Shown: positions 12,991-26,070, counted from the whole stretch's first letter. The stretch is 62,378 nt of DNA, filler included, from Gonapodya sp. JEL0774 (GCA_027604505.1; 29 parts of 29 records of this genome joined end to end with filler, not necessarily neighbours in it); one strand, 5' to 3'. Numbers and translations: made by a program. The notes: generated by a model from the sequence alone, not told the origin.

Positions 12991-14622
12991 GCGACATACG
13001 AATAGCTTCCTGAATCTGATCATCTTCGCTCAATTCATCCATAACCACATCGTCACCCTGTCCGAAACGATACGATGCAAGAAAAACCGATGCATCGAAT
13101 CACATCTTCCAATACGTGTGAGATGATTTCCAAGAATACTCACCCGTTCCTGACCCACCGACATCGCCAACGCTTGCGCCAGCATGTCCTCGTCGTCACC
13201 GCCCAATCCAGCACCTGCACCAGCCGGTGTTACGTCCGTTCCTCCAGCAGCACCGTCGGCGGGTCTGCTACCACCGTTCACCTGCTCTTGCCGAGCACGC
13301 TCTTCCTCGAGGGAAATGCGAAGTGCCTTCAGACATGTCAAAGCCGCCGGAAAGCATAGTGCAACAAGTGACGGAACGGTCAGCACAGCAAGAACCCATG
13401 GGTAGCTACCTATCACAGACAGTAAACCACACCAGCGTAACGTACCAGTGCCAACTCCGGATCCAACGTCGGGTCCACTCCAAACTCGAACCCGCCACCA
13501 CCACTCGATGCCAACCCAGCAGGTACACCGTCCTCTCCCGAGATGATTGGCGAGCTCAGCAAAATGTCGCTGAGGATGTGAGGGCCGGGGGGGATCGAAA
13601 CCTGAATGTCGATACATCGGGGCAGCGAGGCGGAGTTCCCACATGAGCTTTCTCTTCGGCATGGCAGGTGGTTGAACCACAACCATCCATTGGCAGACTC
13701 ACGAGGTGCGAATTGTCCCCGCTCGACACAGTCTGCACGAACGTTTCGAGTTTCGTCGTGTTCTCGGACTCTTCGCCAAAGTTGATCACGTCCACTGCCA
13801 CGTTGTTCTTCTTGAGCTTCTTGGCGATGCGCTGTTGAAAGTGAGGGATGAAGAACCCGCAGAGAGGTAGTCGAAGAGGTGCGAGGGGTTCATGAGGTTT
13901 GGCGGGAACAGTGGAGAACAGGAGTTTGTCGCTCAGCACATACGCATGAAATACACACATTGGCGGATAAAACTCACCGATAAGGTCTTTTCATCCTCCG
14001 CAAGTGGACTCCCCACAAACGCGATGATCCTCTGCCTCTGGTTCTTGTTTTGCCTGTGTTTGAGGACGAGCTAGAAACCCACCAACACCACCGTCGAGAG
14101 ACCATTTCAGCACATCCCAACACGCATCATCACAGCGTAGAGTCGGGGTTGTGGCCTGGCCCCTCACCTGTGCAATTTGAACCGCCGTGTCGAACCGCGG
14201 AGACCCACCGATCTTGACGCCGTGCATGGCCGTGAGGATCTTTCCAATCTCAGAGGACGGGGTGACGAGCACTTCGGGGCTTTTCGCACCACGGAAGAGT
14301 AGAGGGAAGGACCAGGGAGGGTCATTGAGAGGCCCCAGAAAACCGAACGTCCCCGTCCATTGCAGTTTGGTCTCCGGATAAGACAGCATTCACTCCTCCC
14401 ATCCCCCTGCGCACTCCCTCCTGGCACGCAGCAGAATCTTTTTACATACCCTTTGCCCGCCATCGACATGAGCCCCACGGTGGACTCTGGATTCGACTGC
14501 GTCTTGGCGTTGAAGAGCAAGTTCACAGCGTCCGACTGGGCTTCCATCCGCGTCGGGGTGTAGTCGCCGTTGCGGGCCCATTCGGAGTTGTCGACGATGA
14601 CGACTGTGGCTTCGAGAACCAT
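12991..14622 (-). CDS. RPN10: 26S proteasome regulatory subunit Rpn10/PSMD4, multi-exon, 3' truncated
   Basis: Spliced translation: [44 protein letters not shown] / [22 protein letters not shown] / [18 protein letters not shown] / [28 protein letters not shown] (vWA plus UIM). Exons include 14622-14450 and 14279-14168 with GT..AG introns. Confidence 0.97.
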
Positions 14623-15152
14623 GGGTGGCGGTGGGGGTGTTGAGGAATCGAGGTGTGGTGCTTGCGTTGCCGGTTCTCGCACGTTCTGCACAATGAACGC
14701 GCACCATGAAATTGGAATGGTCTGCTCCCATTGCAGAGAATTGATGAACAGATATCGTTTTTCTATGAGATGCATCATTCAGAACTACTACATGAATCTA
14801 GCTGCTGATGAAGAACCACTTGTCGACTGAGTACCCAAGACGTCGGAAATTAAGACCAAGCGTCGTGAGAAGATTTGTATCGCTCAGCCACGAAATCGAC
14901 AACCAGAGTCACAACTCACTCGACGGGTCGATCGGCGCGGGAGCGAGGTTGCTCGCCGCGGGAATCGCCTGCACGGCGGGGTCGTTGAGGGCGACTTTGG
15001 CGGGGCTTCCCTCCACCGAGGTGTTTTGGCTATGGCGAGAGGAAAACGCTTCNNNNNNNNNNNNNNNNNNNNNNNNNNNNNNNNNNNNNNNNNNNNTTAA
15101 TTAATTAANNNNNNNNNNNNNNNNNNNNNNNNNNNNNNNNNNNNNNNNNNNN

Positions 15153-17213
15153 GTTGCAAATGTCTGCACACTGATCAGCCCAGGAATAACGATGGTACGA
15201 TGACTCGTCTTGTAGTCGTTGACACTAATATCGAAATTGCTATGGCGAGAAAGTGCTTCGATGAACAGTTTAGCAATCTAAACAAATGATAATTGTGAGG
15301 CTTTTACAGGATTTGGAAGGTCTGTTCGATATTGTGAGGCAAATACCTTAATATTTGTGATCAGAGGGGTAGCAAAATCGACAGCCATGCGTCTGGTGCG
15401 GTAGCCGCGACTCATGTAGTTCGCGGGTCTCCGAAACTTGTTCTTAGATGGCAAGTTGATATATAGGTCAATGAGGTTCTAATGTGCGGTGGATAAAAAG
15501 TTAAACTAATAGGTGATTGCAAGCAACCGCAACACCACTCACTCGCTCGATGTGTTCCGTCAGATTATACTCGGCTTTGGAGACATCCGTTTGGCTCCCA
15601 GGCTCGAATGCTTCCAGATACTTGACATCAACTCCATGCTCGCTCAGGAAATCCGCTGTGCCCGATGTCGCGAATAGAGTGAAACCCATGTCAGACAGTT
15701 TCTTGGCGCTGGGCAAAAACTCCACTTTTTCTTTGAACGATCCAATAGAGATCAGTATGTTGCCACCTTTGCTTGGCAGTTTGAAATTTGTAGCGAGGAG
15801 ACCTTTGAGGTATGCCTCAAACCGGTCCCGGCCGAAACAGGCCACTTCTCCCGTGCTTGCCATTTCAACTCCAAGCACAGGGTCGGCTCCAAGAAGACGA
15901 CTGAAACTAAACTGTGGGACTTTCACCGCAACATAATCTTTTCTGGATTGTTCTTCTGTCACCGGATAAGCTTCGACAGGAATGTCCATCATCCCCTTGA
16001 TTGCAATTTCAATGAGATCCACTCCAAGGACCTTGCTGACAAAAGGAAATGAGCGCGAGGCTCGTCTGCGAGGATATTGGTTTATTCTAAGTCAAGTTTC
16101 GAGTCCCTGCTGAACCATGGCACCACTCACAGATTGCACTCGATTACCTTGATTTCATTGTCTTTGGCAATGAACTGAATGTTCAGAGGACCAGTCGCGT
16201 TAAGAGAGTTGGCAATCTTCTGTGTCGCAATCTCAATTTTCCGCACGGTTTCCGGATCGAGGTCTTGTGGTGGCAACACGAGAGTCGCATCACCCGAATG
16301 CACACCCGCGTTCTCCACGTGTTCACTGACTACGTGCATCAATAACTTTCCATTTTTAGCCACTGCATCCATCTCAATCTCCTTGGCATCTTCAATGAAT
16401 TTGGAGATAACCACCTGAAGCAGAAACACGATGGGGAGTGGATTTCAACCTCTATAAGTTTGAAACTACACACGTTGACAGGAAAACTTACCGGGTGATC
16501 CCTTGAAACAGCTGTAGCAGCTTGCAAGTAGAATGAGAGGTCTTCCTTCGAATACACAGTGCTCATAGCTGCTCCCGAGAGAACATATGATGGCCGGACA
16601 AGAACTGGGAAGCCAACTTTTTCACAAAATTGATGCGCTTCCTCCAGGCTGCTCAATTCTTTCCAAGCAGGTTGGTCCACGCCGATCTTATCAAGCATAC
16701 GACTGAACTTGTACCGGTTTTCAGCGGTATCAATCATTTCCGGGGACGTACCCAAAATCTTCACATTTTGTCGCCCAAGCTGCACCGCGATGTTGTTGGG
16801 ACTCTGACCACCGAGAGACACAATCACTCCGTCAGCCTTTTCCAATTCATAGATATCGAGCACACGTTCGAGAGTCAGGTTGTCGAAATAGAGTCTATCC
16901 GCCTCATCGTAATCGGTCGAGACCGTTTCGGGATTGTAATTGACCATGATGGTCTTGCAACCCAGATCTCTTAGGGTTCTGACGCCCCTCACGGCACACC
17001 AATCAAACTCCACGCTACTTCCGATGCGGTAGACACCACTTCCCAGCACCATCACTCCACCACTCCCAAACGTAATATCATGTTCGGATCCGTTGTATGT
17101 GGTGTAAAGGTAGTTCGTGAATGCAGGGAACTCAGCAGCGACTGCGTAAGTGATCATATGTTAAAAGCCAGGTAACTCGGAGAATCACACGGAACCTCAC
17201 CGGTGTCAATTTG
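15153..17213 (-). CDS. URA2: Carbamoyl-phosphate synthetase region (ATP-grasp, MGS) of the URA2/CAD multienzyme, entering the DHOase-like domain; internal fragment
   Basis: [72 protein letters not shown], then '[20 protein letters not shown]'. Confidence 0.92.
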
Positions 17214-17313
17214 NNNNNNNNNNNNNNNNNNNNNNNNNNNNNNNNNNNNNNNNNNNNTTAATTAATTAANNNNNNNNNNNNNNNNNNNNNNNNNNNNNNN
17301 NNNNNNNNNNNNN

Positions 17314-17950
17314 TCGGAGCTGGAATTGGCGTACGATACCCCTGGAGTGGACCCTTCTGCCGTTCTCGAAGAAGCTGCAAACAGGATCGCGGGGAACACG
17401 CCCAAGGAGATTGAAACCATTCCCGACTCCGAGTTTGATCAACAACTTGCGACTGCTTTTTCCGTGGAGTTGTTCTTTGGTGTGGTGGGCTACGCGGCAC
17501 AAGGCGCTGCCAGGCGACGTTGGACCCCTTCGCAGACAATGCGTGCTGTGTCGGCGTACGTCCGCAATCGTCCATATCTCGATCCGACTGTGAAGGACCA
17601 TTTGTGGGGATTTGTGAGGATGGACCAGTTGGAGCCCAAGGAGGTGCAGGAGGCGATGTTGATGGGTGTGCCAATGGATATGATGGAGGGAATCGAAATT
17701 CCCAGGTGAGTCCTGCATCAGATGGAACCGTTTCACTTCCATTCTTAATTTACCGTGTACAATTCGATTCTGTTCTCAGTTCGATTCCGTCTCTTCTGGC
17801 CTTGCAAAGCTCCCCGGATACTTACTCGGGTCCGGTGCGCCCGGCGAAGATTCGGTGGAACCCCGAGGTTATGGTTCGCGAGATTCCCGCCCGTAAGAAA
17901 CGGCCGACTTCGGCTATCTCTCCGGATCCACAGATGAATGGAGAAGTATA
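17314..17950 (+). CDS. 3' part of a helical-repeat (BACK/NPH3-like) protein, paralogue of the 24084-25848 gene
   Basis: 'ELELAYDTPGVD...FFGVVGYA...RWTPSQTMRAVSAY...LWGFVRMDQL' aligns by eye with the 24084-25820 ORF; donor GTGAGT at ~17706. Confidence 0.65.
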
Positions 17951-20334
17951 ATGTGTGGGAGAGGAAGCATGGGGTTTGGGGGAGTTTGTGGGCGAGAAGT
18001 GTTTGCTCATTGCACAGACTCTGAAGTTGGAAGGGGGTGCATGAACGCTAGCGGTCGGAAGAGGAAGTGGTGTTGAAATCCTCTAGCAAGTACCATTTTA
18101 TACCTCCATTTATCTTTTCTGCATGAAGTTTGGAGTGAAGGACACGTATTATATTACCGTTAATGTAATCTTGAAATAATTTTGTCTCATCAGCAAAATT
18201 CAACATTTGTCTGCAGCTGTGAACTGTTTGCATTGTTCCCTCAGCTCGTTGAGCTCTTCAGATCTTTGGTTGAACTCTTACGAACAATGCTTTCCCCTGA
18301 AAAAAATGACGACGTTATAGAAAGTGGTCCAGCATCCGCTTCCGAAGCAAAGAAGCGGATAATGGAGCAAATGGAGGTCAGTCGTCCGTGTAAGATACCC
18401 TGTCTTGAAGGTCGTCAGATGACGCTCAGCCTTCCGTCCAGGCAGCAAAGAAGAAGGTACCGGAAGTGAAGAAGACTTGGAAGGTCGACGTCAACAAGAG
18501 TACGGTGAGTCGCCGATGTACTTTGCTCTGTAGAAGTCGTCTCCCCACAATTCAACGATCGATCTTCAACCATTTCAACCCGTGTGCTACACGCTTTCGG
18601 CTCTGCAATCATCAACAGCCTGAAGGGAAATTCAAGCAGAAAACTGCATTCAGTGAGTTGCTGCTGAGACTACTGGTCACTCAAATCGGCTTTTGGGTTT
18701 AATTGCATACTCGTTCCTCGTGCAATCAGAGGAACCACCACCTCCTCCGAAAAAACTGACGGATCTTCCGTGAGATGATATGATGTCTTTCTTTCCGCCA
18801 TTGCAAGGATGTTCACGTCAGTGGAAGCATGAATCATCATACATGATTAACCGCGGATTGTTTGCTCGGAACTCGATATTATGTAAAACGCACATTGCAA
18901 CATAAAGACTGCAGCATTATTACACAACTGATTTGCTTGATGTGTTTTGTTGATGCCGGTGTGTTCAGCCGAGGTAACATGCGTAGTTTCTCTTGGATGT
19001 ATTTCAGCCGCCGATCAATATGACGCTGTTGGCTCACTCCACCATGATATCCTGTTCCGACGGATACAGCTTTCCATCCACTATGAACCTGTCCCCATCA
19101 AGATTGTGCCGCACAGCATCATAAAGGAAGGCTACGAGTTCATAACTGTTGCGGGCGTTTACGTCATCAGAGTGAGCAGAGTTACAAGGCTCGTAGATGA
19201 GGTATGCTATTCAGTTACGATGACATCAGTGTGACGATCATTGTCGGAAAAGAAGATTCGGAACTTATAATGTGCAAATAACACAAGTAAAATAACTATT
19301 TACTCACCGTATTCATACTCTGTGTTCCGATCTTCGACACATACACCAACCCGTTTTCCGTCCTCTCTTTGAAANNNNNNNNNNNNNNNNNNNNNNNNNN
19401 NNNNNNNNNNNNNNNNNNTTAATTAATTAANNNNNNNNNNNNNNNNNNNNNNNNNNNNNNNNNNNNNNNNNNNNGAGCGCGGACGGCAACGGCCGTTAAA
19501 TACAGCTTCCATCGTCCATCTTCCATCTTCCACCGTCCATCGTCCACCTTTATCTTCCATCGTCCGTCGTAGTACTAACGGCTCTTGTGTCCTGTGTCGT
19601 GTCGTGTGGTGCAGGTGGTGCGTCATGTCCGTCTCCGCGCACTCACCGCATTCCCCCACTCGTGTCACTTGCCGCTTTTTCTTCCTCTTTGGGGGTATTT
19701 CATTTCGTCTAGTCTAGTCTTTACAGTGCAATAAAAAAAAAATCCATCTCTACTTTGCTCGTCAACCTCGTTCTCTTCGCCCCTCGTCTACGGTGCGGGA
19801 GCTCACTGTTCCTCGTAGTTTCGCCTTGTGTAATACACACCGAGCCTTAGCCATTCCGTCTCGTCTCCTCGTCCACGAGCCCCCTCCACCCCACCGAGCC
19901 GCGGTTCTCACTGACTCCCCCACGACTCTCCAAACAAGTTCCTAAAGCCGTGAAATATAGGAGGAATGCAGGAGGGGAGGGGAGTGTGGGTGCCAGAGAG
20001 GCAGAGAGGCGCGCGCCCATGGCGAGCGGGTCGAGGTGGGGTGGGTCGAGTGGTGTGTGGTGGTGTTGTTCGAGTTTCGTTTTTCGTTTCGGGAATCGTG
20101 CCGCACCACACCACGGTCGTGGGCACGTGCGATGATTCATTTCGCGTTTCGTTTCGGTGCCCGGATTCGGGTCGGCGGGTAGGTTTTCCGGTCGCGGAGG
20201 GGGGATAGCGGGTTCCAGGGGTGGGTGTAGAAACAGACCAGGATCAGGAACAGAGAGAGGGGGAGGAGGAAGAAGGAGAGAGGGGGAACACCGTGAGCAA
20301 AGCGCTCGACCCACTGTTCCCCCCCCCAACAAAC

Positions 20335-21534
20335 TCATACTCCAACCCACCTATACGACTCGTACCCCCTCTTCCTCCCCCCCGCCGCTCCCGTTTCCCC
20401 GCCCCCTTCGCTCCCAAACAAGGACGTGACCCGCGCGGGTGGACCTCCGCGGGTGGACTGGCGGTGCTGGGGGTGGGCGGATGGGGAGGTCGTGGACCAG
20501 GGGGAGGTGTCGCGGTGGGCCGGGGTGGGAGAGTGGGTCCAAGAGGAGGCCGCGGAGGAGGACGAGGGCGGGTGGCCGGCAGGAGGTGGTGAGGTGTACA
20601 GGGTCATGTAGGGGGGTCGGGAGGGGTCTGCAGAGTGGGTGTGGGTGGGTACGGTGAGGTTGAAGATGTCGGACCCCGCGGTGTGGCGGGCGCGGATGGA
20701 GGAGAGGGTGGGGGTCGGCGCGGGCGTGGGGTGGCGGTCGTGGTGGTCGTCGTATGGGTACGAAGACGGGTGAAGGGACGTGGAGTGGGCGTGGCGGTGC
20801 AGGGGGGAGGGAGGGGATGGGAGGGTGGAGGGGGACGGGGAGGGGGAGGCACTGTGCCCGTACCCGTCCCGACCGTACACTCCACCTCCGGTATTGGTAC
20901 CTGGCCTGTCACCACCACCTCCACCACCACCTCTACCAGCACTAGTACTACCGTAGCCGTACCCATCTCGGCCGTAGACTCCGCCTCCGGTATTGCCACC
21001 CGGCCTGTCACCTCCACCGCCACCAGCACTACTCGTGCCATACCCGTCCCGGCCGTACACTCCACCTCCGGTATTGCCACCAGGCCTGTCACCACCACCT
21101 CCACCAGCACTACTCGTGCCGTACCCGTCCCGGCCGTACACTCCACCACCGGTATTGCCACCAGGCCTGTCACCACCACCGCCACCAGCGCTATTACTAC
21201 CGTGGCCATACCCGTCCCGACCGTACACTCCACCACCGGTATTGCCACCCGGCCTGTCACCCCCTCCACCTGCGCCTCCGAAATGTGCAGTGCTCGTAGA
21301 AGAACCCCTACCATCCGCTGATGCCGACGCGTACCCAGCCGACGACGGCGAGGAGAGGAGTGCAGGAGGCGGGGTGTACGATTCGAGGCCTGGGACGTCG
21401 GCGTAGGAGAGGGAGGAAGTGGGTTGGGGAGGGGAGGAGGAGGAGAGGGGAGGGGAGGGAGGAGAGCGGGGGGGCAGGTTGGAGGTGGAGGAAGAAGTGG
21501 AAGAGCGGGCGGAGAGGGAGAGGGGGGACGGGAC
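20335..21534 (-). CDS. Low-complexity Gly/Pro-rich protein with tandem GGGGGDRPGGNTGGGVYGRDGYG repeats (coding strand uncertain)
   Basis: About 5 copies of an ~81-90 bp unit at ~20860-21270; several frames are open on both strands. Confidence 0.45.
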   Translation of the reverse strand, partial: VPSPLSLSARSSTSSSTSNLPPRSPPSPPLSSSSPPQPTSSLSYADVPGLESYTPPPALLSSPSSAGYASASADGRGSSTSTAHFGGAGGGGDRPGGNTGGGVYGRDGYGHGSNSAGGGGGDRPGGNTGGGVYGRDGYGTSSAGGGGGDRPGGNTGGGVYGRDGYGTSSAGGGGGDRPGGNTGGGVYGRDGYGYGSTSAGRGGGGGGGDRPGTNTGGGVYGRDGYGHSASPSPSPSTLPSPPSPLHRHAHSTSLHPSSYPYDDHHDRHPTPAPTPTLSSIRARHTAGSDIFNLTVPTHTHSADPSRPPYMTLYTSPPPAGHPPSSSSAASSWTHSPTPAHRDTSPWSTTSPSAHPQHRQSTRGGPPARVTSLFGSEGGGETGAAGGRKRGYESYRWVGV

Positions 21535-21634
21535 NNNNNNNNNNNNNNNNNNNNNNNNNNNNNNNNNNNNNNNNNNNNTTAATTAATTAANNNNNNNNNN
21601 NNNNNNNNNNNNNNNNNNNNNNNNNNNNNNNNNN

Positions 21635-23693
21635 TTGGAATGGTTGCGTGGCCCGCAATAGAGCTTTTCGGCTTCGATGCTTGAGGTGCGGGAGCAGCAG
21701 CTTGCATCACTGTCACCTCGAGTGGTGACTCCACCTCTGAGGTCGGGGCAGTTTCGAATATCACTCGCTTAATAGATACTGGGCTCCCGGAGCCATCTTC
21801 CATGTCCTTTTTCATGAGAAGCAAGAAGTCATCCTCCTTGTCTGGGAGACCCCGGATCGCAAGGGATATGATGTCTGTGTCCGACCGCTTCAACTCTCCC
21901 GGACCACCGGCACTTTCCTTTCCTTTGCTTCTGACATGACCCAGTTCAGTGAAAAATCTTCCGGTCGCAGCGTCCAACGGTTTGCTCATCATTGCGAGGA
22001 GCAGTGGGTCTCGTTCGTTCGCGGTCGGGTTCGTTAAGAGGTTCGCCACAGATGATGCACGACTGTATGATACTCATAAGCCACGGTCGGCACGTGTCTC
22101 ATCAACCATGTCAAGAAAGAAAGATACCTTAAAATTCCTTTGAAGGCCGCTCCAAACCCACCGCTATTCCCTGGAGGTTTCGGTTTTGTAGGGTGCCTTA
22201 GGCATTGCAATACCAAATGAACGCTATCTTCCCTGAGTTTCAAGCATTTCTAGTTATGAGCGGTATACAAAAGTTCAAAGAATTGGTTTTACGCACAGCA
22301 TCATGAAACGTGACTCACATCGACCTCAGCTTGCGCTTCCTCTCGCCATGAAGCATACTTATCAAGTCCTGATTTAAAACTATTGATCACCTTCAATTCT
22401 TCTTCGTACTCTGTTAGACGGCCGGTCTGGGTTTTCACTGCATCCGCAACCTCCTGAACCTTCTTCAGAACTGTTTCTTTCTCCTTCCGGATTGTGGCGA
22501 CGGTTTCTTCCAGCAGTTTCAGTTGCCGACGACGAGCTTGCATGTGTAAATGCAGATCAACGGAGGGGGGCGCCTTATCTGATCGATGGAAGGACACAGA
22601 TCGATGACCAGACTTTTTGTATGGTACATCGGACACAGTGCTCACCGACATCAACGCCAACTTGCGTCATTTCCTTAAGCTTCTCTTCACACGTCTTTTG
22701 CAATTCTTCTGCCCGACGTGCCAGTGAGTCTCGTTCTCGCTTGATCTCCTCGACTTTCTCACGCGAAGGAGCCGGCGGCGGTGTCCTCTTTGGATCGAGA
22801 GACGGAATAATTGCCCTCAATTTCTCCTAAAAACAAGCAATCAGATATTTTCCGACAGTGCTTGCGTTAAAGGAAACATACTTCTGTCCACTTTTCAACA
22901 CCAAGCCCTTCGACTACTTCCCATCGTCGATCCAAATCCTTCACTTTCTTTTCGGAAGCAGCCAGACGGATCTTGACTTTTGCGGTCGCATCTCTCAAGC
23001 CAACAATAGCATCCACCCTTTCGCTTTCGCCCCTTATCGCTTCTTTGTCTACGGTCTCCAAAACCGTTAGCGCCTCACCCAAATTTTGTTTGGTTAGGAC
23101 GATCAATTGATTGAGTGTTGGTAACAGTGTGGTTGAAGAAAGGATAGATTCCTCTTTTTGATGGGCTTTTAGTGAGTCCAAGAGAGCTGCGGCAGGTGTT
23201 GGAGGTTTGGCCGCTTCAACCGGCTTTTTGTCCGAAGGAATTTTGAGATCCAGCGCGGATAACTTGCTGGATAAGTTCAGAGAGTATGATGAGTTAACTT
23301 CTTAGAATGAGTACGACCGAATGGGTCATTGAGGCACTCAGTGGAAACTTACGATTGGATATCAACTTTTGCTTGGGTGAGCTCCCTTCTGCCTTCCTCC
23401 ACCACACGACCGCATTCGCCGACAAACTTCTTCATATCGCCCCACACGTTGGGTGCTACAACACCGGAGAATATGTCCGGGAAGCGAGAAAATTCACCGC
23501 CAATACTCTCCCAAGTCGCAGGCATTATAAGATTGGAGGGAGGCATCTGCGGGGCAGGAAGGAGTCGGGGATCCGGGATGACTTGGTGGTGGGTGGAATG
23601 GTTCGCAGTTTCGGCGAGGGTGAGTGTGGTGGATATAAGCTCGAGGTGTGTCTGAAGGGGGAACAGAGTGAGTCACTTACAAATAGAAAGGTC
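21635..23693 (-). CDS. Multi-exon coiled-coil protein of unknown function (fragment)
   Basis: Successive minus-strand ORFs with heptad E/K/R-rich segments, separated by probable introns. Confidence 0.5.
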
Positions 23694-23793
23694 NNNNNNN
23701 NNNNNNNNNNNNNNNNNNNNNNNNNNNNNNNNNNNNNTTAATTAATTAANNNNNNNNNNNNNNNNNNNNNNNNNNNNNNNNNNNNNNNNNNNN

Positions 23794-25848
23794 CTGACCT
23801 TTTTGGGCGCACTGGCGCGGCGAAGAAGGCTCGGTTGGGGATTAGAGCCTGAAGCTGAGGGGTGGCGGAACTGCGGGGATGGTGGTGGGGTGATGGGAGA
23901 AGCGGGGGAGGCGGGGGAGGCGGAGCGGGCTCGACGGAGGGAAGAGGAGCGGTCGGGGAGGTTGGGGGTGCGATCGTGGTCGGTTCGAGCTCTGGTATGG
24001 TGAGAAAAACAAACGAAAAAGCAAGTGAGTTTCAAACAGCAGCTGCAAAATAAAATTACACGACCAATCCCCTTGCGATCAACTTACCTCCTCAACAACA
24101 CCTCCACAACCCTCACAACCTGTGCACCGGCGGTACCAGCCCTCTCCAACTCCTCCGTACTGAGCTCCTCCAATCTCACACACTGCCACATCGCCTCCCT
24201 CTCTGACTCATCCAGATCTTGGTGGGACAGACAGTACGCCGTCACCGCCCTCGCCGCTTCGGACGCGGACCACCGTTCCGTCTCCACAGCCGTGGCGTAC
24301 TCCACGAGTCCCGAGAAGAACCTGTGACTGAGCGTGGTGATCCTCCGCTCGAACACGCCGGCCTCCGCGTCCGCGTGCAGGTGATCCGCCAAGTTCCTCG
24401 CCACGCACTCCATCAACGCATCCTTGTCCACACCAGGATCGTCGTAGGCCAGGTCCAACTCTTTACTGGGCAACTCCTCGAACCTCACTTTGGACCACAA
24501 CATGCCCATCTCGGCCGGCGAGAGACGGTGCCCCTTGCGCACCCGGTTGAACACGTACCGCCGCGCCATGGCGAAGTTCTTGCCAGCTTCCCCAGGCATA
24601 TCCGATATGGTGGTAAGGAGCTTCAACAGTGTGTCGGATACGGCGGGTACAGAGGTGGCCGATTCAACCGCGTCTTCACCAGAGGTGTCCGTACTCGGAG
24701 AAAAGACCGCATCCCGACCTCGTTCCTCATCATAGTCCTGGGCAGCAGCAGCCATAGCCGATCCAGGTCGTGACGGCGTCTCAAACGGCAAGGCCCACAT
24801 AGGTCCGTCGTCGTCCTCCTGCTTCTGGCTGCCACGTGCTCTGGCGGCAATCCTATCCTCCCACCGTTCCCCGGTATCCTCCGCCACCAATCGCATCTCA
24901 TACCCTTTCGCGTCCGTCTGGGGAACACCTCGATCTTCGACCCACTCCTCATCGTCGTCGTCAACGACTTGGTCCCCACCCTTGGTGGTCGCATCCACAA
25001 ACACCCGCCCGCTCCTCCTCACATCATCGCTCTTCCTGACCTTCTCCCTCTCCCGCCCCCTCTCTCTTTCCTCCTCTTCGCTCCTCGGCACATACGGCTC
25101 CACCACAGGCGGTTCCACAAACACCCCAGGGAGCATCCCGGGACCTCTGTTGATGGCACTGGCCGGCGGCATTCTCTTGTGGGCGGCTTGCTTTGGCGCG
25201 GGGTACGACGACGCGTTACTCGGCGCGCGAACAGGTCCCGGCGGAGTCCTTGATCGGCCATCTCGATCGGCAGAGGGGACACGGGTGACGGCTGGTGCGA
25301 GCTGCGGGGAGGACGCACGGGACCAGAGCTGCTGAGCCGACGTCGGCCGGCCCGACTCAATCGAGGGTGACCGATTGATTCCCATCTGCGGTGACTGCTG
25401 GCGTTGTTGGAGAGGCTGCTGCTGCGGTTGCTGCGGTTGCTGCGGTTGTGCAAACTGCGGCAACACCAGATCGTCGGGACTCGCCGACCTGGCCGCCAAC
25501 TGGTCCAACACACTCTGCGCAAAGTACCCAGTGGACCTCGGCCGTCCCCTCAACGCGTCCATCGAGGACTCCCTAGGCTGGGCCACGTACCGCCGCTCGC
25601 TCTCCTGCGCATGCGCCTGCACCTGCGCCTGTCCTCTCCCAGGGGACTCCCACGTCCCCCTCCGCTCATCCAACGACATCCTCCCCCTCACCTCGGCCAC
25701 CCCCGGCGCCGACACCGTCCTCCCGTTCCTCCCCGGGTCGGCCTCGCCCTCGCCCTCGCCCTCCCCATCGTACCCGTACCCGTACTCCCTCCTCTCCCTC
25801 GCTCCCTCCACGACCGACACGGACCGCCTGTGGGTACGGTCGAGATCA
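23794..25848 (-). CDS. Protein with a long disordered region and C-terminal tandem BACK/NPH3-like helical repeats (fragment)
   Basis: 578-aa ORF with repeats 'LSPAEMGMLWSKVRFEELPSKELDLA' and 'LDESEREAMWQCVRLEELSTEELERA'; GTAAGT donor near 24087. Confidence 0.7.
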
Positions 25849-25948
25849 NNNNNNNNNNNNNNNNNNNNNNNNNNNNNNNNNNNNNNNNNNNNTTAATTAA
25901 TTAANNNNNNNNNNNNNNNNNNNNNNNNNNNNNNNNNNNNNNNNNNNN

Positions 25949-26070
25949 GTGAATCGCCTCCGACAGACAAATGAATGTTCACCAGTGATGAGAATGGCCC
26001 GCCGGCGACCGGTCGCGGGGTCGGTAGGTTTCAGACGGGCCTCGTACGCCGCTTGGGGGTCTTCAGACAT
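25949..26070 (-). CDS. Possible first exon of a short-chain dehydrogenase/reductase
   Basis: MSEDPQAAYEARLKPTDPATGRRRAILITG ends in the typical start of an SDR Rossmann strand; too short to be sure. Confidence 0.3.

Noticed and set aside
15517..16974. Plus-strand ORFs antisense to URA2, and similar shadow ORFs throughout the window
   Set aside because: They are explained by the codon structure of the real gene on the other strand in GC-rich DNA.
19505..19570. A 7-bp ccatc(g/t)t microsatellite
   Set aside because: A short, degenerate simple repeat with no further structure.
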